A stretch of DNA of 55,794 nucleotides, the filler included, from Ionaspis alba (Eukaryota): NCBI GenBank assembly GCA_964255285.1. It is 2 parts of 2 records of this genome, joined end to end, with 100 filler letters (N's around TTAATTAATTAA, not from the genome) between each part and the next. Parts side by side here need not be neighbours in the genome. Positions count along the whole stretch, not along the records: positions 28,010 to 55,794 come from CAXUUL010000133.1; 1 more part is not named here. One strand, written 5' to 3'. Both the position numbers and the translations under genes were made by a program. The notes below the pieces were generated by a model. That model ran no database searches and was not told the origin of the DNA. It worked only from the letters and a program-made list of their open reading frames with translations. Each line of letters starts with the position of its first letter. Positions within the stretch are counted from its first letter, which is position 1. Shown piece by piece: positions 35,680-47,232 of the stretch.

Positions 35680-36590
35680 TCATATCATCGTTCCCCGTTC
35701 GAAGCTGTCACGAATTTCTGCCGTGTACTATGAATTGTTAGATTAGCGCACAAGGAGGATGCGAGATCTGCTTACCTTGTTGTAGAATCGGGCTAGTTTC
35801 TGATTGAACTGCTGGTTCTTCTCATTGATATAGGTGACGTCGCCGTCGTCGTCACCTCTGCCTCTGTTCCTGCGGTTCTTCATCCTTGCGTCTTCGGCCT
35901 TTCGAAGATCAGCCACTAGTCGGTCGACAGCAGCCTTGTCTGGCTTGTTTTCAACAAATCCTGTAGTGTCAGCCGTAGAGTAGGAGTTGCCATCCTTATC
36001 TACCGCCACTAGCTCCCCATCATCGGTCTCGACGATCTCGAGCTCCCCACTTATGGTGGCCTTTTCCACTGCAGCCATCTTCTCCTTGGCGTAGCGTTCG
36101 AGATCGGGCTTCAAATCCTTCATCTGTCTCTTGTAGGCCTTCCTGGAGTCCTGTCTGTAGTCTTGGAATGCTACATCGTCTCGATGTTTAGCCTTCTTGT
36201 CCATTCGCTTGTCCCATTTCTCCGACTCTTCGATCGTCCAGTCCCACGCCCGCTTTCTTTCAAAGTCTTCACCCGCTGCGGCAGTATCCGCTTTAAGTAA
36301 GTTATGTGAAGCAAAAGCATGCTTTCGGGACAGAGAATTGAGGAGATTTGGGTCAGTGGCTAGTCGTTGCGACTCTGCTGCTGCCTCCTTGAGATTACGC
36401 TCCGCAGACTTCTTCTGCTCAGATATTAGCCTGCAAGGCCTTCAAGGAAGGTACGATTTAGCCAACTCACTGCTCGTGCTTGTAGTGCCTTGAACCTAGC
36501 TTGCCTGTCCTTTGTTGCATCGACAGGTTCGGGTTCTGGTGACGTTCCTTCCTTCTTCTCCACCGTCTTAGACTCTGTTGACTCGGCCAT
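35680..36590 (-). CDS. syf2: Pre-mRNA splicing factor Syf2; 3 exons
   Basis: 'DRQARFKALQAR', 'GEDFERKRAWDWTIEESEKWD', 'DVTYINEKNQQFNQKLARFYNK|YTAEIRDSFERGTMI*'. Confidence 0.93.
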
Positions 36591-36809
36591 ATTGAATTGT
36601 GTTCTTCGAAATGTATCTGCACAGGCTTCGAATGGGATTTTATGCCCTGACGTAGAAGTTGTCTACATCGTCAAAGGTTGGATTTGGTCGTTCCTTTGGC
36701 AATTCCATGAGGCCAGACTCGTCTATCTTAGCTCGAACCTTTAGCGAGCTTCAGTCCATTTTGAATCCGTTACGCCGATCAAATCTGTCAGAAGATCTGA
36801 CAGCAATCA

Positions 36810-38132
36810 ATGATCCGGTGGCCACAGTACGCAGTCTCTGCTCCGCATAGATCGACAGGTGTCGTGTCACCTTCTCTAAGGTCACGAATATCCCCCAGGA
36901 TTTATCAAGAGGTCGCAGTAGCAGCCTCAACAACTGCCAGGCCTTCAATTGATGCAATCCGATCACATAGCTCCATCGATACTCCGGCAACGGGAAACCC
37001 TGGGGAACCCAGACCTTTGAAGATTTCGCCCATTGCAGACATCAGAGCTGCGATATTCTATGGCACTTTAATTCAACGCTTACCATATCTGAAAGCCCGG
37101 TCACTCAATGGTCCCGCAAGTATTGGAGCACTCTTCGATCGGATCACAGAGAAGCATCTTCCCATAGCCGATAGACTTAGTCTGATCCGCCGCATTGCTC
37201 TGCAAAGACTCTTGACGCGGGAAGACGGACATGAATTTTGTCAATCTTTTGGCAGTTTTGTTGCAGCCTTAGGGAAAGGAATGACTCTTGCAGACAATGG
37301 CCAGATCTTGAGCTGTTATAATTCTATCCTTTCGCGGCTTTCTCTCCTCAACGTTCCCTTGAGCAATAACCTAGTTTCTCACGGAATACTTCTAGCTTCA
37401 GCGGCAAGGACATCTACAGCATTGAAACACTATGTCCAGCTATTTGCTGAGCGGCAAAAGCTATCTCGTTGGAGCCCTCACCAAATCTACCAAGCAGTAT
37501 TCAATAACTTACGGGATTGGGTGGAGAATGATGAGTTTACTGGCTGGGATGGTTTCCGCAGGAAATTGGAGCTCCTGAACCTCTTGACCGGATGGGCGAA
37601 TGATGGTGTGAGAAAGCCCAACGAGGTTCGACAGGTTTCCATACACAGTATCATGCAGAAGAAAGGAACGATACTGCGCCGCAACTATCTTTTATGTCTT
37701 CGTGTTCTTGCTGGTGCCGATGCGGTCTTCGAAGAATGGCTACAATTCCAGCGATCGCCCTTATGGGAACGCATATATACTTCAGACGATGGCTCGAAAT
37801 TCTCAGATGGGAAACGGGTGGCCGACATTTTCGCTAAAGCCCTTTTGCTTGCCAATGATCCACGGCGTGCCTGGCAGGTGGTTAGGGAGTCGAAATGCGA
37901 ACCTCAGATGCTTGAAGATTCGACCTGGAGTCGGCTGCTTGATCATCCGGAACATCTACATGAATGGCGAGATGGCATGGCTGAGCCGATTCTGAAGAAG
38001 TATGAGGAATATCTCGTGAACATCGAGAAAGAACTAGGAGTTCGATGGTCGGGTGGTGAGGGTGGCTCTCATATTGCCATTGATGAGGATCAGGAGGAGG
38101 CGGCTGAGGGAAATGAGAGACCTCCTGGTTGA
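36810..38132 (+). CDS. Hypothetical helical protein, about 440 aa
   Basis: Long uninterrupted ORF divergent from syf2 with normal amino-acid composition. No family recognised; start uncertain. Confidence 0.7.
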   Translation: MIRWPQYAVSAPHRSTGVVSPSLRSRISPRIYQEVAVAASTTARPSIDAIRSHSSIDTPATGNPGEPRPLKISPIADIRAAIFYGTLIQRLPYLKARSLNGPASIGALFDRITEKHLPIADRLSLIRRIALQRLLTREDGHEFCQSFGSFVAALGKGMTLADNGQILSCYNSILSRLSLLNVPLSNNLVSHGILLASAARTSTALKHYVQLFAERQKLSRWSPHQIYQAVFNNLRDWVENDEFTGWDGFRRKLELLNLLTGWANDGVRKPNEVRQVSIHSIMQKKGTILRRNYLLCLRVLAGADAVFEEWLQFQRSPLWERIYTSDDGSKFSDGKRVADIFAKALLLANDPRRAWQVVRESKCEPQMLEDSTWSRLLDHPEHLHEWRDGMAEPILKKYEEYLVNIEKELGVRWSGGEGGSHIAIDEDQEEAAEGNERPPG

Positions 38133-38444
38133 TTGCAACGAAGACGACTCGATATTGTTTCGACATCCAATCCAGTTATCCTTGGTCAGTCAATCGACTA
38201 AATCAACCGTGTCAGACCAATGATGCATACAAAGAATGTAGGGCGACCGCCCGTAAATATTTTCCTACTGCAAGACAACAAATGTATATCGGACAAAAAT
38301 GGGACAACTAATCAACTAAGACGAGGAGTTGACTGGATATTGTGCTTAGGCACGCACGTCACGGTTCATTTTCAAGTGCTCGATGTCCTTTGTATGACGA
38401 TCGAAGCCCGCTAATTGAGCCTCAAATCGCGTTCGAGTTTGAAG

Positions 38445-38474
38445 CCCCGCAGGGCCGCACTAAATACGCCCCGC
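38445..38474 (-). promoter_or_regulatory. Pair of CreA/Mig1-type SYGGRG sites (GCGGGG) upstream of the MDR dehydrogenase
   Basis: GCCCCGCAG direct repeat at 38444 and 38468, about 300 nt upstream of ATG 38757. The motif is short, so function is unproven. Confidence 0.3.
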
Positions 38475-38756
38475 AGCGTGGAATAACCAATTGAAGGATT
38501 CCAGAGAGACCGAGCTTTCGTCTATCAACGGTGTACTGACGCAATATTTACCATGTGAAGCCAATGCAATGCGACAGCGATTTTCGCATCTCCATGATTG
38601 TCATCATGACGACACAGGTTGCCGGACGTACCGTACCCCACCGAACAGAAATGCCAGTCTTGAGTTACTATCGGTATCTACTCTCTTTCACAAATCCTCG
38701 TCAATAACCAGCAAACGCAAGTGAAACTAGACAGAAATAATCCAAAATCCATCAAG

Positions 38757-40345
38757 ATGGCAATGGCACAGGCAGCAAACTATGTGGAGAAGGTCTTGGG
38801 CCACGGTGAATCCGTGACCGAGCAGGACATTACAAACCCTGGACGGGATAGAGCAAAGTATGCTGATCCTAGCGGGGAGACAATGAAGGCTTTGTGCTGG
38901 ATGGGCAAGAATGATGTACAAGTCCGTGAGTCCATGAAAAAACCTGTCTCAGTCAGAATGATGGTCACTGACAAATCCAGTTGAGGTGCCCAAACCAAGG
39001 GTGGTCGAACCTCGAGACGTGATTCTCAAGGTCACTGGCAGCACTATCTGTGGTAGTGATTTGCATCTTTGCCACGGTAAGTCGTATTCTACGTCAATGT
39101 CACTGCAGTCGAGCTGATTTGGCGAAGGTGCTGTTGTTGAGATGCAGAAGGGCGATATCCTTGGACACGAATTTTGTGGAAAAGTCGAGTCAATGGGAGA
39201 TCAAGTTAAGAACCTCACGAAGGGTCAACGTGTCGTTGCCTCCTTCCAAATTGCTTGTGGAGAGTGCATGTACTGCAAGAAGAAGCTGTCGTCTGAATGT
39301 GAGCGAACGAATGCGAATACAATGGAGTATGGAATGTATGGTGGCAATACTGCTGGTGAGCAATCTTAGCCAGATATCACCTTTGGTCTGACGACCATTG
39401 ACATTGTCTCTTAGGCATGTTTGGGTACTCTCACTTCACCGGTGGGTTTGCAGGAGGTCAGGCTGAATATGTTCGCGTCCCAATGGGTGACGTCAATCTT
39501 CTTCCTATACCCGATGATGTTCCAGACGAGAAGGCTCTCTATTTATCCGATGTTCTCTGCACGTCGTGGAATTGCGTGGTCGACACTGGCGTGAAGGAGG
39601 GCGATGTTGTCGCCGTGTGGGGCGCTGGTCCCATTGGGCAAATGGCTGCCGATTTCTCCTTCATCAATGGTGCTTCCCGTGTTATTATCATTGACGGAGG
39701 ACCAGCCAGTTGGAGACTTGATTTCGTCAAGGAGAGGTTGCCCAAGGTCGAGACTTTGAACTATACAAAATTGCCGAGAGGCGAGAGCGTGACAAGCGAG
39801 CTCAAGAAAATGGTGCATGGGGGCCCTGATGTTGCTCTGGAGTGTGTGGCTGGTGAATATGCCAAAGGCTGGGGTCATTATTTCGAGATGTTGCTAGGCA
39901 TGGAAACTGACACTAGCGAAATCGTCAACGAGATGATGACCAGCGTAAAGAGTTTCGGACGATGTGGTATCACTGGTGTTTATGTTGGCTTCGTAAGTCT
40001 CAAATTGATTTTTTGTGCTTCCTCTATCATGCCCCCATTGATGCTGACCATGTCCAACAGACAAACCACTTCAACATTGGCGCCTTAATGGAACGTGGAA
40101 TCCGGTTGATTGGCAATGGACAGGCACCAGTCCATCTGTACTGGGAGAAACTCCTCAAAATGATCCAAGATGGAACGATTGACCCTTACAAAATGGTCAG
40201 TCACAGATTGGCCATCGATGATATGGACATCATCTATGACAAATTCAATAAACGTGAAGACAATCTCCAGAAGGTCTTCATCCAAACAAAGTTCTCAGAC
40301 AAACCTGCGCCTGGAACGCCAGAGCTCAAGCGGTATAAGCAGTAG
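38757..40345 (+). CDS. Zn-dependent medium-chain dehydrogenase (formaldehyde dehydrogenase-like); 5 exons
   Basis: 'TGSTICGSDLHLCHG', 'ILGHEFCG', 'ACGECMYCKKKLSSEC', 'FGYSHFTGGFAGGQAEYVRVP', 'LSDVLCTSW', 'VWGAGPIG'. Confidence 0.92.
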
Positions 40346-40795
40346 GTGGGCATTACATGCAGTGTGCAAGCCATTTCTGTCACCTGGAACAAACCGTGAT
40401 TGAAAGGCGGGGCATGGGGATTAGTGCTCGGAGAGCAGGATAGCGCAGAAGGTGTACTTTAGGAGTTGTGAGAATTGAACCGTATCACGAGATAGGTTGT
40501 CTCAATAGTATTCCAATCCAATGGACGGATTGTCATTCGTTATATCAAAGGTTGACATGGTTACCATAACTTGGAAACTCACGACGGTCTGACGTCTTTT
40601 CAATTTGGATCGTAATACTCACTGTTAGTAAATCGCTGTCAGGTCGCTAGTGGTAGATGTGACTTGTCCCCTCAGAAACTGAAATATTTGCATTAGGGTT
40701 TGAGTCAGCATGTGACACCTCACCGCCCCAGATTCTGCCGAGAAACTTCCCTGCAAATCAAGCCGAGCTTGAAGCAAACGCCCGCACCACCGCAT

Positions 40796-41860
40796 ATGCT
40801 CTTGCTCAAGCTCAGAGCATTGGCATCTCTCCGCTCCCCTCGTCACTCGCTTTTAACCACTCAGTCGTTACCCCAGTCGCTGCGTGTGAGCACAATGGCT
40901 CCAACAGGTACTTCAATCAGGGATATGTCCTTTCCCGAATAGACGGCCTATTGACTCTACTGGCAGCAACACAGAAGCATCGCCCAGTAGTAATCTCCGG
41001 CCCTTCCGGCGCCGGTAAATCGACCTTGCTCAAGCGTCTCTTCGCTGACCATCCTAATACTTTCGGGTTTTCCGTCTCTCGTCCGTACTCCGGCCCACCT
41101 TCTCATACGTCGGTCACTGACACCTCGGGTTAGACACTACACGGAACCCACGAGCGGGTGAAAAGGATGGGGTGGAATACCACTTTACGACTAAGGATTC
41201 ATTCTTGCAGCTTGTGGACGAAGGGGGCTTCATCGAGCATGCGCAGTTTGGAGGCAATCACTACGGGACAAGTGTTGCAGCTGTGAAGGATATTGCGGAG
41301 AAAGGTAGAATTTGCATTTTGGATATTGAGATGGAGGTAAGTTGTCCCATTGTCAAACACCGATCGACTCGCAATCCGGTCTTTACCATCCGTGCAGCTT
41401 CGACTGCTGACATCGGTTCGTCTCGTCCGCAGGGCGTCAAACAGGTCAAACGCACCGATCTGCACGCCCGCTTCCTCTTCCTCTCGCCCCCTAGTCTCGA
41501 AGTCCTGGAACAGCGATTGCGAGGACGGGGGACGGAGAACGAGGAGAGTTTGCAAAAGCGCNNNNNNNNNNNNNNNNNNNNNNNNNNNNNNNNNNNNNNN
41601 NNNNNNNNNNNNNNNNNNNNNNNNNNNNNNNNNNNNNNNNNNNNNNNNNNNNNNNNNNNNNGGAACAGCGATTGCGAGGACGGGGGACGGAGAACGAGGA
41701 GAGTTTGCAAAAGCGCCTGATGCAAGCCAGGGCGGAGATGGAATATGCGAAAGAGGAGGGTGTGCATGATATAATTGTTGTGAATGATGATCTAGAAAAA
41801 GCATATAAAGAGTTGGAGACGTGGGTTGTTAATGGGGGGAGGTATGGAAATAAGGAATAA
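40796..41860 (+). CDS. guk1: Guanylate kinase; 4 exons; in-frame starts 40796 and 40895; interrupted by a false gap
   Basis: '[20 protein letters not shown]...[24 protein letters not shown]...[12 protein letters not shown]...LDIEME|GVKQVK...[19 protein letters not shown]...[12 protein letters not shown]'. Confidence 0.95.
41562..41661. other. False assembly gap; flanks overlap by 55 nt
   Basis: 41507-41561 is identical to 41662-41716. Confidence 0.95.
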
Positions 41861-42240
41861 TAACGGTGATGCTGGGTAGGGGTATCTTTTCTTCTAAGAC
41901 GGTGTTTAGAGGAGAGACGCATAGATGGGTGATAGGCTTGTTGGAAAGGGCGGTTGCATGTGCGAGAGGGTGTGGCATAGGGAAAGTGGTGCATATAGAT
42001 CATAGATACCCGGTGTGGTTTGGAATGGGTCAAAAGTCACTTCTACATACTTGCTTTAGATAGATAGCTATCAGAATAGAAGACACCTGATTCTTGGAGG
42101 CAGCATGCCAGAACGAATCGCTAGGGTACTAATTATCTCGCACAACAGGGAATTCCGCCTTCTTCTCTAAACCGTTTGACAGCGCAATAACACCACTTCT
42201 TCTAACACTTCAAATCCTCCCATACCAGCCATCGACGCCA

Positions 42241-43467
42241 CTAATATCCATTCATAGTCATCCTCTGCGACTGTCTGCTCAACTCCCGGTCCGCTGATGG
42301 ACTTATGGGCCTGCTGCCACCAACTGAAGTGTTCTCCTTCAGTGCTAGGAGCTGCTTCTCACGGAACGTCTCATAGTGGGTTTGCGATGTCGTCTCGATC
42401 AAATCCTGCAAGTGGGTACGCGTCAAGAAGTTTCGCAACGATACAAATTCGCAATGGTTCTCGTCTTCAACATTGATCACGCCCCACCTGTTCTGGCGCC
42501 CACGAACAGACTTGCCGCCCACAACAATGTTCTTTTCGGACCCGACGACGGCGAAGGGGATCAGATCTTTCATGCTGGTGTTTGTGGCGCGCTCTTCCTC
42601 GTCGTGCTCGTCGTTGTCGTAGGGAAACATGCGCAGGTTGTGGAAAGCGAATTCTTGCTTGATGCGCTCTTTGAAGGCCATGCGTTCTTCGAGCGTTAGG
42701 GAGTCGGATTTGGCAATGACGGGAACGACGTTGACGACGTCGGAGAGCTTTTTCAAAACGACTATGTCAATCGGTTTGAGGCTGAAAAGGGTTAGTAAGT
42801 GAATGCTGAGCACTCGAAAGTAAAGACTCACGCATGGCCGGAGGGCTGGATGAAGAAAAGGCAGCAGTGCACACGGGTATCTTGGATGTACCGTTCTCGG
42901 TTGGCCGTGAGCTCTTTTCGCAGGTAGGCTGAGTGCTGGTCTTTGATGTATTTGACGATGGGGTCCCAGCTGCATGCATTTAATACGGTGATTTCTCTCC
43001 ACGCTTCAGAGTACCCACCATCTGTCGTTGTTCACCTGGTCGCCATACCCGGGAGTGTCTACAATGTTGAGTCGAAGTCGGACACCGTTCTCCTCAATGA
43101 CTATAGAGCATATCAGCCAAGGCATATATATAGGACCCTTCTTAGCATACCATGAGAAACAGCTTGGATCTCAGTTGTAGTTCTGACTGGCTCATCGGGA
43201 GTCATGCGGCCTTTAGAGTCTATGAGGTGAGAAGCGAAGATGGTGTTTATCAGTGTGGATTTGCCTAGGCCGGTTTGACCTATGAGGAACTGTTAGTATA
43301 TACATATCTTGATGTAGCGGTATTGACGTACCGACGCAGATGACATTGAACTGAAAGCCACGCTTGAGGAGCTTGCGCTCAATTTGCGTGGTGATGCTGT
43401 CAAAGCCGACATGGCTCTTGGGTATCACAGGGTTTGCTTGGGTAGACATGACGTTCGCAGAAGCCAT
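42241..43467 (-). CDS. cdc10: Septin Cdc10/AspD; 5 exons
   Basis: '[42 protein letters not shown]', '[14 protein letters not shown]', 'VIAKSD', '[20 protein letters not shown]'. No C-terminal coiled coil, as expected for Cdc10. Confidence 0.93.
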
Positions 43468-43734
43468 TGTTGCAATTCAGACACGCAGATAGTCTCGCAG
43501 TCCCTCTAAAGTCGCAGAATTCAAATTTGAGCGCGTAGTTCCTGTCGTGGCAAGCTGTTGATTATCTGGAATAACCTCCAAAAGTTTTTGGTGAAAGGGG
43601 CTGCAGGGGAGCGGCTACTAGCACGACCGGGGAAATCACGCTAGCGGGAAGAGCTTCGACATCTCAACGACCATCAAATAGACGAATCATTAATTTGCGT
43701 TTTGAGACCGCCCGCGTCCAATCCTCCCCTCAAG

Positions 43735-44206
43735 ATGGCGTTACGCTCCTTACCGCTTCCGCCACTTCTCCAGATACTGTCTCCTCAATTGATGTTCGCT
43801 GCTCCTACAATACGATCAAAATCAGCGCTTTTTTTCGTGCAACCAATCTCCAAGCTACCCTCCCTGTTTTCGGTAGCACTACCCTCCGCATTCGTTCTCA
43901 AGCTTCCACCAATACTCTCAGGTATCTGGGAGTCGATACTACGAGCAGTACCCAAGAAGAAGACTTCACATCGAAAGAAACGGCAAAGGTTCATGGCGGG
44001 GAAAGCTTTGAAAGACGTCACAAATCTGAACAAATGCTCGGCATGTGGGAATACGAAGAGGGCACATCTTCTATGTCCGTACTGCGTCCGAGGTAGAAGA
44101 CTCAAAGTCGGGAGCCTAATCAATTGCTAATCGTAGATCCTTAGAAATCAGAGATATGTGGCTTGGGAAGAATTCGAAGGAGGGAACGAGGCAGCTGGAA
44201 GCTTGA
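43735..44206 (+). CDS. mrpl32: Mitochondrial ribosomal protein bL32m with presequence; 2 exons
   Basis: '[18 protein letters not shown]...[28 protein letters not shown]'; intron 44093-44144. Confidence 0.9.
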
Positions 44207-44578
44207 TATTGTTTGGAAAGACTGATTTGTTCTCTGGAGATGCATATAAATGCGGGTCGAGCATAGCGAATGGCGTTTAGGGGAATTCCCCAATAAATGA
44301 AGGATCCGGGCAGGGGCAACAATGTACATATAGGAAACATACCACACCAGAATCTTGTTTCGTCATGGATGTTCCAAAGCAAAAGCTTGACTGAGGTCCT
44401 TCACACGAGACTGACATTCCTTTCTAAATGGTTTTGCCACGTAGTACAGGATTTATAGGATAGGGTTCTTGCAGATAGCCGAGACATAGATTAAGGTGAG
44501 AAGGAAAAGCTCTTCTTATGCTTATCATGTCTCTATAGAAAACAATGAATGAATATCTGTTCTACACGATAAAATAGG

Positions 44579-45830
44579 ATGGTATGGTGGTCCTTCCCTT
44601 GATATCACGTAAAGATCTCTAATTATACCAAAGTCGAAGCAATATCTGACGACCCACACGATTGACGACGGTATATTTGCCTCCTTTCTTACCCGTATCA
44701 GAATCTTAGAACTGACTTACCCAAAGCACATGTCACCGACATATTCTCTCTCGCCGTCACACCCACGCAACTCATTTCTGCATCTGGCTCTTCATCCTTG
44801 AAAGTTTACTCAACCACCGATCCCGAATTTCCCCTGCAGCAGACTCTCAAGGGAGCCCACAAACTCGGCTGTCACCATCTTGCCACCAGTAAGAATGGCC
44901 AAAAACTGGCAAGTGTAGGCTTTGAAGGTGAAGTTAGAATATGGGCTGTCAAAGATGGCCAGTGGGATGAGGAGGGCAAGATTGTAGGTGCGGATTTTCT
45001 TTGACTCGGCTGCAAGCTTAACATTGTGGCATTGGCTGACGAAAGTGTGCCAGATGGCAATAAGGCTGGCGAGATATGGGCAATAGCTCTTTCTGAAGAT
45101 GGACAGTACCTTGCAAGTACTACTTTTGACGGGAGGATCAACGTCTGGGATAATCTTGCCGGTAGGCAGAAGATTAGGGAGTACGAAACCAAAGGAAGCT
45201 ATGGGATGGCTATTGATTTGGTGAGGCACTACCTACCATAGATGTGAAGTTTGCTGAGATTATTCTCCAGTCCGTGGATGGACGATTTACAGCATCCGGG
45301 CATGAGAACGGAAGCGTGTACATCTTCAACAACGACACGGGTCGTTTGTTGCACTCTTTGCCTGGTAGAGACTCAATCAAAAAGTCTCTCTCTATCTCTT
45401 GTTGACTCCTTGTAGGTCTTGTGAAGCCCGTCCGCTCTGTCGCCTTTTCTCCAGCCTCAAAACTGCTCGCAGCTGCTGGAGATGCCAAAGTCATCGCACT
45501 CTACGATGTTCAGTCTGGCGAGCAAGTAGCAAATCTGATGGGACATGGAGCCTGGATCTTCTCCCTAGATTGGAGTGATACAGGAGAGTATCTGCTGAGC
45601 GGGTAAGTTCACATTTCGCTCCCATATATAATCTAATTTTTTGCAGGGCATTTGATGGCAAGACTAAGGTCTGGTCAATTGAACAACGAACATGCGTTGC
45701 AACCCATACGGAGACCGACAAAACGGTCTGGAGTGTCAAGTGGTTGCCAAAGACTGGGAAAAATGAAGGGTTTGCAACGGCTGGGGCCAATAGGAGCATA
45801 TCGTTCTATCGGGAGGCTGCGGGAGGTTAG
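44579..45830 (+). CDS. ski8: WD40 protein Ski8/Rec14; 7 coding exons, the first being ATG only
   Basis: M|SKQYLTTHTIDD|AHVTDIFSLAVT...AHKLGCHHL...EYETKGSYGMAIDL...KPVRSVAFSP...LAAAGDAKVIALYD...RSISFYREAAGG*. Confidence 0.9.
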
Positions 45831-46228
45831 GATTCTCAATCGGCGCTTGACTATCTCTGCGATACGAGCTTTCTTCCCTCAAGAGTCTGTTAGCCTAGAC
45901 AACCCTGAAAGTTGACTAGATGGGGTGTCAGGTCGTTACGCTTTAGACTACATAGCAACTCCACGTGGCATCCCTTCGGAGCTTAGAGCAGAGATGCAAC
46001 ATATCAAGACGAGACCACATCCACTGGCTATCTCCGCGTCTTCTCATTCAGAGCTCAATCTCTTGTTCCTGTTCTACAGCAGCAGTTCAGTGCCCATCCC
46101 ATTGTTTAGTGACGTGACGTTTCCTTCCACGCTCTCTGTCAAGCAATATCACAGCGCCGCATCCATTTTGATATCGCGGCAATCCTGCCATACTGGAGCC
46201 GAAGATCCCACGGTATCGGAGCCTGGCA

Positions 46229-47232
46229 CTACCAGCAAACTAACTCTTCCGACGAGGAAGAATCCCAAGTCGTCGGAGGTGGTCTTGATTGTACTGGTGG
46301 CGTTACTTTCTCTGGATGGACATCATTCAGATGATCTTCCCACGACTCGTCAACTTCGAAATGCTTCTCGCATCCTGGAACCAAGCATCGGAGGCTTCCT
46401 CGATGATAGTTTTCGATGAGTCTTATGTCTCTATCGGCCTCAGGTCCCACGAATTTGGCTTCTAGGATTTGTGGCCGGACCAATTTCATGATAGCCGGAG
46501 CAAACAGCTCAAGTTTGTCGATGACGATCTTGAGACTTTCTGCGTCTAGATGACACTCGTTGCCGCTTGCACCACTACTCAGAAGACGAAGCATATAGAC
46601 ATCAACGACATACACATTCGTGAGGCTGACGAAACCAGCTTTCTTCAGCGAAATGGCAGAGTCTAAGGCGAGCTGAATCCCATTATAGGCTTCGCGTGGC
46701 TTAATCGGTAGATACAGAAGTCTGTGTAAGGGAGAACGTGGAAAGCGTTCTTCCAAATTGCGACCTCCAAAGGTAGTAAGCTGATGGCAGATATGATCAG
46801 TTCATGATCTTGATGAACGATCCGTCAGTCAAGCTTTCGCACTTACCAGACATATTAGCACATGGTTTTTCTGCTCTTTGTGCTTCCCGATCACAAGCAC
46901 AGGATGGAGAAGAGCCGNNNNNNNNNNNNNNNNNNNNNNNNNNNNNNNNNNNNNNNNNNNNNNNNNNNNNNNNNNNNNNNNNNNNNNNNNNNNNNNNNNN
47001 NNNNNNNNNNNNNNNNNTGGTTTTTCTGCTCTTTGTGCTTCCCGATCACAAGCACAGGATGGAGAAGAGCCGATTCCGAGAGTTTCGAGGCCAAAAAGTC
47101 TTTCTCCGGTATCTCATTTCGGCCTTTCAGGTAAAGAAAGGATCCTGGATTGAAGTATTCTATGCAGACGTCATAGTTACTGCCGAATCCATCCGAATCA
47201 TCGCCTTCACCAAGATACCACCCGCGGCCCAT
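46229..47232 (-). CDS. Uncharacterised protein: PemK/MazF-like motif pattern plus C-terminal C2H2-like finger; 2 exons after closing the false gap
   Basis: Collapsing the 55-nt overlap and splicing GTAAGT 46846..CAG 46781 gives one frame: ...FNPGSFLYLKG...LHPVLVIGKHKEQKNHVLICL|LTTFGGRNL...LYLPIKP...LKKAGFVSLTNVYVVDVYMLR...CHLDAESLKIVIDKLE...CLVPGCEKHF...WEDHLNDVH. Confidence 0.7.
46918..47017. other. False assembly gap; flanks overlap by 55 nt
   Basis: 46863-46917 is identical to 47018-47072. Confidence 0.95.
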
